This document shows positions 18,404 through 26,439 of a DNA stretch of 33,323 nt, one piece after another. The DNA comes from a virus (taxonomy: Duplodnaviria > Caudoviricetes). The stretch spans positions 1-33,323 of IMG/VR virus record IMGVR_UViG_3300003971_000005; one strand, written 5' to 3'. Numbering within the stretch: position 1 is the stretch's first letter; every line of letters starts with the position of its first letter. The notes under the pieces were generated by a model. It was not told where the DNA came from, made no database searches, and saw only the letters and a list, made by a program, of their open reading frames with translations. Made by a program: the position numbers and the translations under genes.

Positions 18404-19012
18404 TTAAGACTTACGTTGGTGTAGCTTGAGCTTCATTCTCAGCCGAGCGCGAGCACTGGCCGAGTATTTATCTTCAGTGGTCCGTTCTTCTGTTTTCGCC
18501 CATTCTTCCATTGAGCGAAGGGCGGCTTCAGTTGCCGGATAGGCCGGGTTCACGACCGGGCTGATCTCGATCAGGTCAACGTCGATAAGGGTTCGGAGCG
18601 GAAGATCGCCGTCGCGACGCTCCCAAGTGTCGGCGATGACGCGGAAGCCGAAACTGACTTGGAGATCGCCGTCGCGGGCCGCGTCGAGTTGCGCGGGCGT
18701 GAACCGGGTCGTGTCCAGGGTGAAGCGAAGGCCGCGCTCATCGCTCGCCAGGGTGAGCTTTCCGCCCCGCGTCGATCCCAGCGGCTGGCGGCTATCGTGC
18801 GACCACAAGGCTTGGATAGAGACCTCACCGGCGGCGGCGGCCTGGAGGCTGCGATCAAACGCGGTCGGCGCGACCCGCTCGATGAATCCGCCGAGGTCGA
18901 GAGAGTCTGAATTGAAGACGCTCGCGTAGCCGCTAAGCGAGCGGCCTTCGTCGTCGGCGGCGGTGTTGTCCAGGATGAGGGCGAAGGCCCGTTGTTCGAT
19001 GATGTTCTTCAT
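18404..19012 (-). CDS. Prohead protease (HK97 family)
   Basis: GYASVFNS, ALWSHD, SFGFRV, EISPVVNPAYPAT. Confidence 0.95.
   Translation of the reverse strand: MKNIIEQRAFALILDNTAADDEGRSLSGYASVFNSDSLDLGGFIERVAPTAFDRSLQAAAAGEVSIQALWSHDSRQPLGSTRGGKLTLASDERGLRFTLDTTRFTPAQLDAARDGDLQVSFGFRVIADTWERRDGDLPLRTLIDVDLIEISPVVNPAYPATEAALRSMEEWAKTEERTTEDKYSASARARLRMKLKLHQRKS
18461..18472 (-). promoter_or_regulatory. TAAATA element embedded in the protease 3' end, upstream of capsid
   Basis: GATAAATACTCG, identical to the 12-mer before the connector gene; 126 nt upstream of capsid ATG. Confidence 0.65.
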
Positions 19013-19028
19013 CGACTATTTAGCGACG
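19010..19028 (-). promoter_or_regulatory. TAAATA element (19017-19022), protease
   Basis: CGUCG-CU-AAAU-AG-U-CGAUG; N4 to ATG. Confidence 0.75.
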
Positions 19029-19035
19029 CGGGCCG

Positions 19036-20280
19036 TTACGCCGCTTGTGCGGTCGGGCTGGCCTGGGGCTGGGAGCCGAGCGGCGTGGTCGCGCCTTGAA
19101 TGTGGAGCTTGTCCGCGTCGGGTTGATCGGACGGCGGAAGGTTATCGAGCGCGCGAACTTCGTTGGGCGTGCGAATGCCGTTCTGGATCGCGGTCGCGTA
19201 ACCGGCCATCCGCGTGGCGAAGTCGCCTCTCAACATGCCGTCGATGTTGAATTCGACGAAGAGCGAGCGATTGCGGTCGCTGAAGAGCTTCGCGTTTAGC
19301 TCTTGCTCGATGAGTTCGATCCAAGGCGCCAGGGTGTGCTTGGCGAAGCTGATATCGGCCTGTTCGGTGTTCGAATATGTCCCGTTGCTCAGGTCTTGGA
19401 GAAAGGTCGGGTTGATGCCGAAGACCCGCGCGATCTCCAGAATTTGGAACTGACGAAGCTCCAGAAGTTGAGCCTTAGAGGGTTCGAACCCGATGGGTTT
19501 GAGGTCGAAGCCGGTCGGCATCGTCAGGATGCCGCGACGCTCACGCTTGGCCGCCTTGACGGCTGCGGCGACATCGGTTGACGCGCGTTCCTGGGCGCCG
19601 GGCGACATCGCCGGGCCGCTCATGACCAGGGGGGGAACGCCGGAAGCGTCGAAGACCGTCGAAGCGTATCGCTCAGCCGCGATGGCGAGGCCGATGGCGT
19701 TCCGGTTGACGATAAGCGGATCGTGGTGACCAACGCCGTCGCCGGTCGGCATCCAAACGAGATCGACGATTTCCCCGGCGCCGTATACGACTTCGCGATC
19801 CGCGAGCCGGTAGCGATAGACGCGGCGACCGCCCTTGATCTCGATGACGACCCGATCCGGATCGAGCGGCCAAAGGTTCATCACCCGGCCAGCCTTGTTA
19901 CGCTCGATGTAGGTGAGTGCGCGGCCTCTCAGGAGAAGCCTGGAGACCATCCACTTTCGCCAAGCGAAGCTCGTCAGGTAGTCGGCGTTAACTTGGTCGT
20001 GGACGATCCGATAGAGCGGGTCGGAATCGGCCTTCGCCCGTCCGTCTTCGGTCCGGCGGAAGAGTTGAAGCGGAAGGCTCGCGATTGCGTCGGAGATTTT
20101 GTTGATCGCGGCGGCAACGGCGGGGACCGCGAGAGCGGTCTGTTCGGTTACGGGCTCGCCCGCGAACGATGATGCCGATCCGAAGATGGTCGCCCAGGCG
20201 CCAGGATCGCTGAGGCTGACGTTGGGATTTTCGAGGGAGGGCGAAGACCTTTGCTCGCCGAAGATGTTAAAGAAACTCAT
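19036..20280 (-). CDS. Portal protein (HK97 family)
   Basis: AIASLPLQLF, EIARVFGINP, YSNTEQ, TPNEVRALDNLPP. Confidence 0.96.
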   Translation of the reverse strand: MSFFNIFGEQRSSPSLENPNVSLSDPGAWATIFGSASSFAGEPVTEQTALAVPAVAAAINKISDAIASLPLQLFRRTEDGRAKADSDPLYRIVHDQVNADYLTSFAWRKWMVSRLLLRGRALTYIERNKAGRVMNLWPLDPDRVVIEIKGGRRVYRYRLADREVVYGAGEIVDLVWMPTGDGVGHHDPLIVNRNAIGLAIAAERYASTVFDASGVPPLVMSGPAMSPGAQERASTDVAAAVKAAKRERRGILTMPTGFDLKPIGFEPSKAQLLELRQFQILEIARVFGINPTFLQDLSNGTYSNTEQADISFAKHTLAPWIELIEQELNAKLFSDRNRSLFVEFNIDGMLRGDFATRMAGYATAIQNGIRTPNEVRALDNLPPSDQPDADKLHIQGATTPLGSQPQASPTAQAA

Positions 20281-20298
20281 CGAGTATTTAGCTCGATG
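20278..20298 (-). promoter_or_regulatory. TAAATA element (20285-20290) in a hairpin loop, portal
   Basis: CAUCGAG-CUAAAUA-CUCGAUG perfect 7-bp stem; N4 to ATG. Confidence 0.85.
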
Positions 20299-20357
20299 CG
20301 GGTCGCGGGCGGCTCACGGGCGGCTCACGGCGGTTCAAGCCGTTCTCGGCCCTGAAA

Positions 20358-21989
20358 TCAGGCCGCGCGAGGGCCGAGGATCGAGAACGAGCTATCTTCC
20401 CAAGGGCTCGATACAGGGGCCGTGAGGCGATCCTCGGCCTTCAAACCCAAAGCCATGGAGACCGCGACTGCACCGTCCATTCTCTTGCGGGCCGCGCTCT
20501 TATTGAATTTCCGGTTGCCTGAAGGATCGGTCACCGCGAGTGCGTTGCCGACGCTGAAGGTCAGGAGCGGATTGCCGTCACTGTGAAGTTCGGCCTGGAG
20601 AACGGCATGTTCGAAGGCGTTGATTGCCTTCCCCATGCTGACGAAGCCCTGCCCCCAAGGGACGATCCGAAGGCCGTCGCCTTCACCCTCCTGGGCCAAG
20701 AGACCGATATCGCCCATGCACCGCATGAGTTCGCCCGTGTAGGCCCTATCGAAAGCCAAGCCGATCACCGGGTTACGGTCATGGATCGTCTTGATCAGGT
20801 GGGCGACGAAGGCCGGATCGATTGAGCGGCCAGGGGTCGCGATCATCCATCCGTGACGCTCGTGAAGCTCGTAGTTCTGGCGGTCGCGGTCGCCATGATC
20901 GCGAAGGGCCTCACGGGGTTTGAAGAACCACGATTTGACCCGTGAACCATCATGGGCCGACACCGCGACCAAGGCCGTGAGGTCGGTTCGAAGGCTCATA
21001 TCGAGGCCGAGATAAACGGGCTCGCCGGGCTCGAATTCGAAAGCATCCTCGGCGGTGAAAGTCGGGGCCGGGAACACTCCGCCCGGAAGGCAGGCCATCC
21101 AATCGGCGCGGGAGATCAGGGCGGCCTCGGCGGCGACCCGTTGATTCAGCCGTAGCAAGCGGAACGATTGCTCCTCGGCGGGAAGGCGTTTCGCTCGCAT
21201 GGCATCGGCCCGGAAGGCATCGAGATCGAGGAAGTCGCCGAGGGCTGGATTGGCGGCCATCCATGCCGATTCATCGAGGAGATCGCAGCCATCGGGCGCC
21301 GCGAACAAGTGACAGACGGTCGAGGGGTCTTCGGCCCGAACGCCGTCGTCGATCATCTGACTGAGGACGTGTTCGGGATCGTCGGATTGGGTCGAGATCA
21401 CCATGAGGAGCGGTTCGGACCGCGCGCCTTGGGATGTCGCCAGGGTGTCGAAGAGTTCGCGGCTTCGCGCCTGGGCGAGTTCGTCAACGATCACGAGTGA
21501 GGGGTTGAGGCCATGTTGGCGGCCAGCGTCGGCGGACAAGGCGCGGAACTTCGAACCCGCCGCCCGGATGTCGGATCGGATGACGAAGATCGTCTTTGTG
21601 GAGTCGACGACCCGCAACAGGCGGCCAAGCGTCGGCGACGCCTCGATCATTCGCTTACAGGCGCCGAACACGATTGCGGCCTGCTGGCGGTCGTTGGCCG
21701 CACTGTAGATTTCGCCGTTCGGCTCCGCCTCAGGGCCGATGAGGTGAGCGAGGATGAGCGCGGCGGCGAGTTCGGTCTTACCGTTCTTCCTCGCTATCGA
21801 GAGGATTGCGCGGCGAACTGCCCGGCGACCATCGGCCCGAACGCCGGAATAGATGTCGCGGATAAAGGCTTTTTGCCATTCGCGAAGGCGGAGCGGCAGG
21901 CCAGCATCGTCGCCAATCGTCACCTTCAGCTTTTCGATGAAGGCTATGACGCGGTCGGCGCGTTCGGTGTTCTTAGTCGGGTTCTGCAC
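20358..21989 (-). CDS. terL: Terminase large subunit
   Basis: Walker A IARKNGKT, Walker B IVDEL, ISTQ, nuclease GLDMS and RMDGAVA. Confidence 0.97.
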   Translation of the reverse strand: MQNPTKNTERADRVIAFIEKLKVTIGDDAGLPLRLREWQKAFIRDIYSGVRADGRRAVRRAILSIARKNGKTELAAALILAHLIGPEAEPNGEIYSAANDRQQAAIVFGACKRMIEASPTLGRLLRVVDSTKTIFVIRSDIRAAGSKFRALSADAGRQHGLNPSLVIVDELAQARSRELFDTLATSQGARSEPLLMVISTQSDDPEHVLSQMIDDGVRAEDPSTVCHLFAAPDGCDLLDESAWMAANPALGDFLDLDAFRADAMRAKRLPAEEQSFRLLRLNQRVAAEAALISRADWMACLPGGVFPAPTFTAEDAFEFEPGEPVYLGLDMSLRTDLTALVAVSAHDGSRVKSWFFKPREALRDHGDRDRQNYELHERHGWMIATPGRSIDPAFVAHLIKTIHDRNPVIGLAFDRAYTGELMRCMGDIGLLAQEGEGDGLRIVPWGQGFVSMGKAINAFEHAVLQAELHSDGNPLLTFSVGNALAVTDPSGNRKFNKSAARKRMDGAVAVSMALGLKAEDRLTAPVSSPWEDSSFSILGPRAA

Positions 21990-22007
21990 CGACTATTTAG
22001 CCGGAGC
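21986..22007 (-). promoter_or_regulatory. TAAATA element (21994-21999), terL
   Basis: GC-U-CCGGCU-AAAU-AGUCGG-U-GC; N4 to GTG. Confidence 0.8.
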
Positions 22008-22072
22008 GGGAGTTCGCCCGGCTTAGTCGCGCCCAGGTAGGCAAAAGGCGCGGCGCCTGTTAGCCATTCTCA

Positions 22073-22537
22073 ATGATCGACTTGAATCTCTCGGCCCAGG
22101 ACACACGCGATCTCTTCATCGGGATCACTGGCGGACTCATCGTCGCGGCGTTGCTCGCATTGATCGCCGTGTTTCGGAAGTTTGGGGCCAAAGGCTTTCT
22201 TCACCTTCGACGGTCGGTAGCGAAGTTTGAGCTTCAGCTTGTCGAGAATTTGCCAGATGAAAATTCCGCGATTATCGCGCGGACCATCTACAACAATACA
22301 TTTCTCGTCTGCCAGTTTGTTCTAATTACAGCCTTGGCCGCGACAGTGTCTTTTGTTGTAGGCAATTCAGGTTCGAAGGGCGAAGTCGCTATCGGTTTCT
22401 TTCTTGGTGCGTTTAACGGGATCGTGGCGCCGTTCATCATGATCACGATGAGACTCAACGAACTCACCATGAGGGCGGTTACAGGTCGCGAGAGGCTGAC
22501 AGACGAGCTTCGCGCTAAGCTCGAAAGGCTCAGTTGA
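22073..22537 (+). CDS. Moron, membrane protein (about 3 TM segments)
   Basis: Antisense insertion between terS and terL; hydrophobic stretches; AT-richer. Confidence 0.7.
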   Translation: MIDLNLSAQDTRDLFIGITGGLIVAALLALIAVFRKFGAKGFLHLRRSVAKFELQLVENLPDENSAIIARTIYNNTFLVCQFVLITALAATVSFVVGNSGSKGEVAIGFFLGAFNGIVAPFIMITMRLNELTMRAVTGRERLTDELRAKLERLS

Positions 22538-22973
22538 TCAGGCCGTCGAACTCGTCACTCTGTGATTGTTCCGGCGCCGTGATCGCAGCGCGGGACACCG
22601 GATCGAAGCCGAGTTTGGTCGATAGCGTGACCATGAGCCGGGCCTGATCTGACTGAATCTTGACCCAAGGGCTCACGACCAATTGGCCCGTTGAACCCGT
22701 CGTCATCATCCCATGTTCGGCGATAGCGGCGGTCGCGGCTTGGTGACCCGCGTAGGCTTCAGCGAAGGCCACGAGCAACGCCTCATCGACGCTTTGATAG
22801 AGGCCGGGAGGCATGGCGCCGACAAGGCGTTTGAAGATCGCCAGGGCTTCCCGTGAGAGGGACTTCGGCGGGGCCAGGACACCCTTCGCCTTCGGCTCAT
22901 TGCGGTTGAGTTTTTTCTTGGATGGGTTGCCCGCGAGTTCGTGAAGGCGGGTCGGTTTGAGCGGCATAGGCAT
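22530..22973 (-). CDS. terS: Terminase small subunit (P27 family)
   Basis: KPTRLHELAGNPSKKKLN...EP and KLGFDPVSRA motifs. Confidence 0.92.
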   Translation of the reverse strand: MPMPLKPTRLHELAGNPSKKKLNRNEPKAKGVLAPPKSLSREALAIFKRLVGAMPPGLYQSVDEALLVAFAEAYAGHQAATAAIAEHGMMTTGSTGQLVVSPWVKIQSDQARLMVTLSTKLGFDPVSRAAITAPEQSQSDEFDGLIN

Positions 22974-22997
22974 CGGGTATTTAGGCCCGGCTCATGC
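22964..22997 (-). promoter_or_regulatory. TAAATA element (22978-22983), terS
   Basis: GCAUG..CGGG-CCUAAAUA-CCCG..UAUGC; N4 to ATG. Confidence 0.8.
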
Positions 22998-23492
22998 TTC
23001 GTTCGTCGAAGCCTTGCCGTCGAGGGTCTTGAACACCGGGCCTGTTTTGGGAAGAGCGACACCGGCGGGCCAACGGATGGCCGAACACCGCGACTTCGCG
23101 ATTTTGACCACGGAAACCGCATCGCCCTGATTACCGCCGAGGACGTGGTAATAGCTCGCGTCTTCGCTGACATAGAAACCGACGTGTCCGCCCCCTTGCC
23201 GCGTGAAGACCAGGACGGCGCCCGGCGAGGGTTTCGCCAAGGCCACTCCCCACTTTCCCCACTCAGAGGCCCGGATAGCGATGCCGGGAGGGATGAGGCC
23301 GTTCTCGACTACGCAATAGGCCGCGAAGAGACCGCACCACGGAACATGGTCGCCATCATATTTGATGCCGAGGAACTTAGCGGCGCGAGTTGCCCAGCGC
23401 ATAATCAGGGGATTGTTTTGAGCACCCGCATATTCCTTAACACCGATGCAGGCCCGTGCAGTCAGCATCCAGGCGGGAAGAGTCGTAGTCAT
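22992..23492 (-). CDS. TIGR02594-like NlpC/P60-type peptidoglycan hydrolase (endolysin candidate)
   Basis: PWCGLF, GGGHVGFY and LGGNQGDAV motifs. Confidence 0.8.
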   Translation of the reverse strand: MTTTLPAWMLTARACIGVKEYAGAQNNPLIMRWATRAAKFLGIKYDGDHVPWCGLFAAYCVVENGLIPPGIAIRASEWGKWGVALAKPSPGAVLVFTRQGGGHVGFYVSEDASYYHVLGGNQGDAVSVVKIAKSRCSAIRWPAGVALPKTGPVFKTLDGKASTNEA

Positions 23493-23497
23493 GACTC

Positions 23498-23540
23498 TAT
23501 TTATGCTCGCCGATATTGTGGCGTTCTGGCTATTTATTTA
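23498..23540 (-). promoter_or_regulatory. TAAATA elements before the hydrolase gene (23498-23503; overlapping pair 23531-23540)
   Basis: TAAATA-N5-ATG, and TAAATAAATA further upstream. Confidence 0.7.
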
Positions 23541-23559
23541 GTGAATTGAAATCAGAGCC

Positions 23560-23645
23560 GGGAACCCCGGAATCGCGCGTTGTGGGGCGGATCGGTCTCC
23601 AGGCCGGGCTTTCGGTCGTCTTCGACCCTCCCCCCAGGGGGAGCT
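23560..23645 (-). other. Putative cos/packaging-initiation region
   Basis: Non-coding; between HNH and terS; minus strand GGGGGGAGGGTCGAA...GAGACCG-ATCCGCCCCA-CAACGCGCG resembles cos neighbourhoods of HK97-like phages (recognition from memory). Confidence 0.45.
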
Positions 23646-23719
23646 ACCGGCGGCCCGGCCTTGGGAGAGAACGCCGGACCGCCATTTCTCACGAGCGTTA
23701 GGCGTGTCGCGCCTGAATC

Positions 23720-23725
23720 TATTTA
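23720..23725 (-). promoter_or_regulatory. TAAATA element pointing into the cos region
   Basis: GATAAATA with no convincing ORF directly downstream. Confidence 0.5.
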
Positions 23726-23765
23726 TCATTCGAGTTCGAAGAGCCGGGTGGATGGGGGCGAGCGC

Positions 23766-24695
23766 GTGTCGAAGCCGTTGGACCAATGGACCGAAGACGA
23801 TCTCAGGGGACTGATCGGCCAGGACGAAGGGCTAACCGTTGAGTTCAAACGGTCGGACTCGCTCCGGTTCAAGACCGATAGCGGGAAGCTCAAAGCCGAG
23901 CTTGCCAAGGATGTCTCAGCCATGGCGAACGCTGCCGGTGGCCGTATCTACTATGGGATTGTCGAAGAGAGAGGGACGGGCCGGGCGGTCTCAATAGACG
24001 ATGGCCTGACTGCCGATGAGGTGACCGCCGATCAAATCGGGAACCTTCTCACCGGCAACATCGAGCCCGCGATCACGGGCGTGAGAATCGGGCGGATCAA
24101 TCTCGCGAACGGCAACAGCGCGTTCGCTATCGATGTGCCTCAAGCGACCTCAATGGCGCCGCATCAATCGAGACCTGATCGAGTTTACTATCGCCGACAC
24201 GACCGCAAAGCCCTGCCGATGTATGACCATGAGATCAAAGACCTCATGCGCCGGGGCGATAGCCCTGAGATTGAGGTGTTCCTTAGGCATCAACAGTCTG
24301 CACCTGACCATTTTCAAATTGAACTAATGGCGAGGAATGTTTCAGCGGTTCCGGTCCTATATTATAGCGTTGATCTAATATTGTCGGACGGGATGTCTAA
24401 TCACGGACTCAATCCAAGCGGCGTGAGCGTTGAAAGGAAGTCGTTCAAGGTCGGCGGATTTGATGCTTCTGGATGGGCGTATTCAAAGAGCTTTGTAACG
24501 CCTCACGCACTGCCACTGTTCAAGCCGAGAACTCACACACTTTGGGTTCAAACACTTCAAATTCAACCCGGCGCAAAGCACCCGTGTGCAATTGTATTCA
24601 CTGCGCCCGATTTTGAGGGGTATTGGAGCGGCTATTTCAACCGCACCGGAACACGGAACGTGCTCATGTTGGAGCGCGAGCCCCTTACCGATTAG
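23766..24695 (+). CDS. Moron: Schlafen/AlbA_2-domain protein with beta-rich C-terminal domain
   Basis: EGLTVEFKR, ELAKDVSAMANAAGGRIYYGIVE, APHQ, YYRRH; likely GTG start 23766. Confidence 0.85.
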   Translation: MSKPLDQWTEDDLRGLIGQDEGLTVEFKRSDSLRFKTDSGKLKAELAKDVSAMANAAGGRIYYGIVEERGTGRAVSIDDGLTADEVTADQIGNLLTGNIEPAITGVRIGRINLANGNSAFAIDVPQATSMAPHQSRPDRVYYRRHDRKALPMYDHEIKDLMRRGDSPEIEVFLRHQQSAPDHFQIELMARNVSAVPVLYYSVDLILSDGMSNHGLNPSGVSVERKSFKVGGFDASGWAYSKSFVTPHALPLFKPRTHTLWVQTLQIQPGAKHPCAIVFTAPDFEGYWSGYFNRTGTRNVLMLEREPLTD

Positions 24696-25017
24696 CCGGG
24701 TGATCGGGATCGAGCGGCCAGCCGTGTTCGTCGCACGATCCGTGATAGCCGCGTCGCTCGATCTCGGCCTTGGTCGTGTCGTGACAGGTCGCGCACAAGC
24801 TCTGAAGGTTCTCGGCGTTGAAGAACAAATCACGGTCGCCACGGTGAGGCCGGATGTGATCGACGACCGTGGCCGCGACGACCCGATCCGACATCATGCA
24901 GAAACGACAGAAGGGTTCGCGGTGTAGCTGGCCGAGGCGGAGTCCCTTCGGACCTCTCCAGGCGCCGAGGCAATACCAACCGCGCCACGCCTGGGCCTCG
25001 CGTGACCGGCCCTTCAA
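24685..25017 (-). CDS. HNH endonuclease (terminase-associated, HK97 gp74-like)
   Basis: PFCRFC...ATVVDHIRPHRGD..LFF...NLQSLCATCHD. Confidence 0.92.
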   Translation of the reverse strand: MKGRSREAQAWRGWYCLGAWRGPKGLRLGQLHREPFCRFCMMSDRVVAATVVDHIRPHRGDRDLFFNAENLQSLCATCHDTTKAEIERRGYHGSCDEHGWPLDPDHPANR

Positions 25018-25268
25018 AGATCGGCTCCGGCCTCCAGGGCCTTGATACGCTTGAGGAGCATGATCGCCACGGCGGCGGCGTTGTTGAGTTCTTCCTCCAG
25101 GTCATCAACGCGGGCGGCCAGGGTCGAGATCGTGCTGAAGACAACGGTGAGGTCGTTGGCGTTGGCCTTGGGAGCGGCTTCGCCCGCGAGGTAGGTGAGG
25201 GCTTCGATTGCCAGCGCATCGACGCGGGCGGCTACCGCCTTCGCCGCATTGAATCCATCTTCCTTCAT
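25014..25268 (-). CDS. Hypothetical coiled-coil protein
   Basis: AAGGAG SD; stop overlaps the HNH start. Confidence 0.65.
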   Translation of the reverse strand: MKEDGFNAAKAVAARVDALAIEALTYLAGEAAPKANANDLTVVFSTISTLAARVDDLEEELNNAAAVAIMLLKRIKALEAGADL

Positions 25269-25308
25269 TCGTCTCCTTTGTGACGGACCTGGACGGTCCT
25301 GCCGGGGT

Positions 25309-25533
25309 TTAGGGTTGTTGTAGGGATTTCAGCCCCAGGCGGACGTTCGCACCCGCGACGATCCAGGCCAGAGTTGCGGTTGAGAACCCGAACGCGCCGA
25401 GGCTCCAGAGGCCAACGCGGACCAGCGCGGGGACATCCTCGACGCTGACGATGAGGGCCGAGAGAATGAACACGCCATTGGCCACGAGGGCGGCGATCCA
25501 GGCATCACGGAAGTAGGTCTGCGGCTCACTCAT
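25309..25533 (-). CDS. Small 2-TM membrane protein (alternative holin candidate)
   Basis: 74 aa with two hydrophobic segments; overlaps upstream ORF by 8 nt. Confidence 0.55.
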   Translation of the reverse strand: MSEPQTYFRDAWIAALVANGVFILSALIVSVEDVPALVRVGLWSLGAFGFSTATLAWIVAGANVRLGLKSLQQP

Positions 25534-25822
25534 CGCGCTTGGCCTTCATCCTCAAGCGGCTTTCGCGGCGTTGGCGAAGCACCTTCTCCCGGTTTGCGGC
25601 GTAGTATTCCCGAGCCCGCTCCCGGATCGCATCGGCGTTGCGTTCCCGGTAACGGTCCTGGGTTGCCTTAAACTTGTCCGGGTTGGCCTTGTTCCACTTC
25701 ATAGAGTTCTTCGAAGCATGAAGGGAGCAACACCGCTTACAACGGTGATCGTGTTTTCTTTGTCGGCTTGGAAACCAATTCTCTGACGTGAGTTCTACTG
25801 AACATCTAATGCAAATTACCAT
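25526..25822 (-). CDS. Zn-finger-like (CxxC...CxxC), Arg/Lys-rich hypothetical protein
   Basis: CIRC...CKRC then a basic helical tail; first gene of the leftward arm; TAAATA 5 nt upstream. Confidence 0.7.
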   Translation of the reverse strand: MVICIRCSVELTSENWFPSRQRKHDHRCKRCCSLHASKNSMKWNKANPDKFKATQDRYRERNADAIRERAREYYAANREKVLRQRRESRLRMKAKRDE

Positions 25823-25827
25823 GAATG

Positions 25828-25857
25828 TATTTATGCAGACACGTTCAGATTTCGCAA
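25828..25857 (-). promoter_or_regulatory. Leftward promoter TTGCGA-N18-TAAATA
   Basis: -35-like 25852-25857; TAAATA 25828-25833; N5 to ATG. Confidence 0.7.
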
Positions 25858-25879
25858 TATCTAAGTAAAGGCGTAGATG

Positions 25880-26275
25880 ATTAGGCCGTTCTAACCCGAC
25901 AAGTTAGGTTTTTCTAACTACATTTCGCGGCCATTTTTGCCTCCAGGGCCGAGCCGACAGAGGGGCGGAATCGACGCAAACCCTTTTCCCGTAACGGTTT
26001 CCGCTCCCGATGGCGGGCCACGCCCCGCCCAATAATTCGCCCGCCACGTCGCCAAGTTAGGAAAGTTAGGTAGTTAGGCAGGCAAACTTCTTTACACACG
26101 CACACAACACCCTGCGCACTACCCTATATATATATTCTATTATTATTATATAAAAAGACTAACTTACCTAACTTTGGGCAGCAAAGGCTTATGGGATAGG
26201 GTTTTGCGAGGTTAGGTTCGATCTAACTTCGACCTAACAAGTTAGAGTCCGAGCTAGGTTCTCTCTTTGGCTAAC
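25880..26275. repeat. Putative replication origin: GTTAG/CTAAC iterons flanking an AT-rich core
   Basis: AAGTTAGG 26054 and 26063, TAGTTAGG 26071; AT core ~26125-26156; inverted CTAACTT 26159 and CCTAACTT 26167; more copies at 25890-25920 and 26210-26275; directly upstream of primase. Confidence 0.75.
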
Positions 26276-26302
26276 GCCCCGGCTGATCGCGTGGCGCGAA
26301 TA

Positions 26303-26332
26303 TTGCGGCCAAGTCTCGTGTTATGCTAAATA
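26303..26332 (+). promoter_or_regulatory. Rightward promoter TTGCGG-N18-TAAATA
   Basis: Precedes the candidate sRNA. Confidence 0.65.
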
Positions 26333-26335
26333 GTA

Positions 26336-26421
26336 GTGGTCGAGGAATTCAGTCACCTCGATCAACTGTGTATTGATTACCTTGGCCCTTGCGAGTTTTG
26401 TCCCTCGCAGGGGCCTTTTTC
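26336..26421 (+). ncRNA. Candidate ~85-nt small RNA or attenuator
   Basis: Begins just after TAAATA 26327; hairpin TGGTCGAGG/CCTCGATCA; ends in an intrinsic terminator. Confidence 0.5.
26384..26421 (+). terminator. Intrinsic terminator
   Basis: GGCCCTTGCGAG-N8-CTCGCAGGGGCC-TTTTTC. Confidence 0.85.
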
Positions 26422-26439
26422 ATTTCATGACGAATCAAA

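Noticed and set aside
20307-20337. Short tandem repeat GGGCGGCTCAC x2 plus a partial copy between terL and portal
   Set aside because: Only about 2.5 copies in GC-rich DNA and not noticed elsewhere; probably slippage
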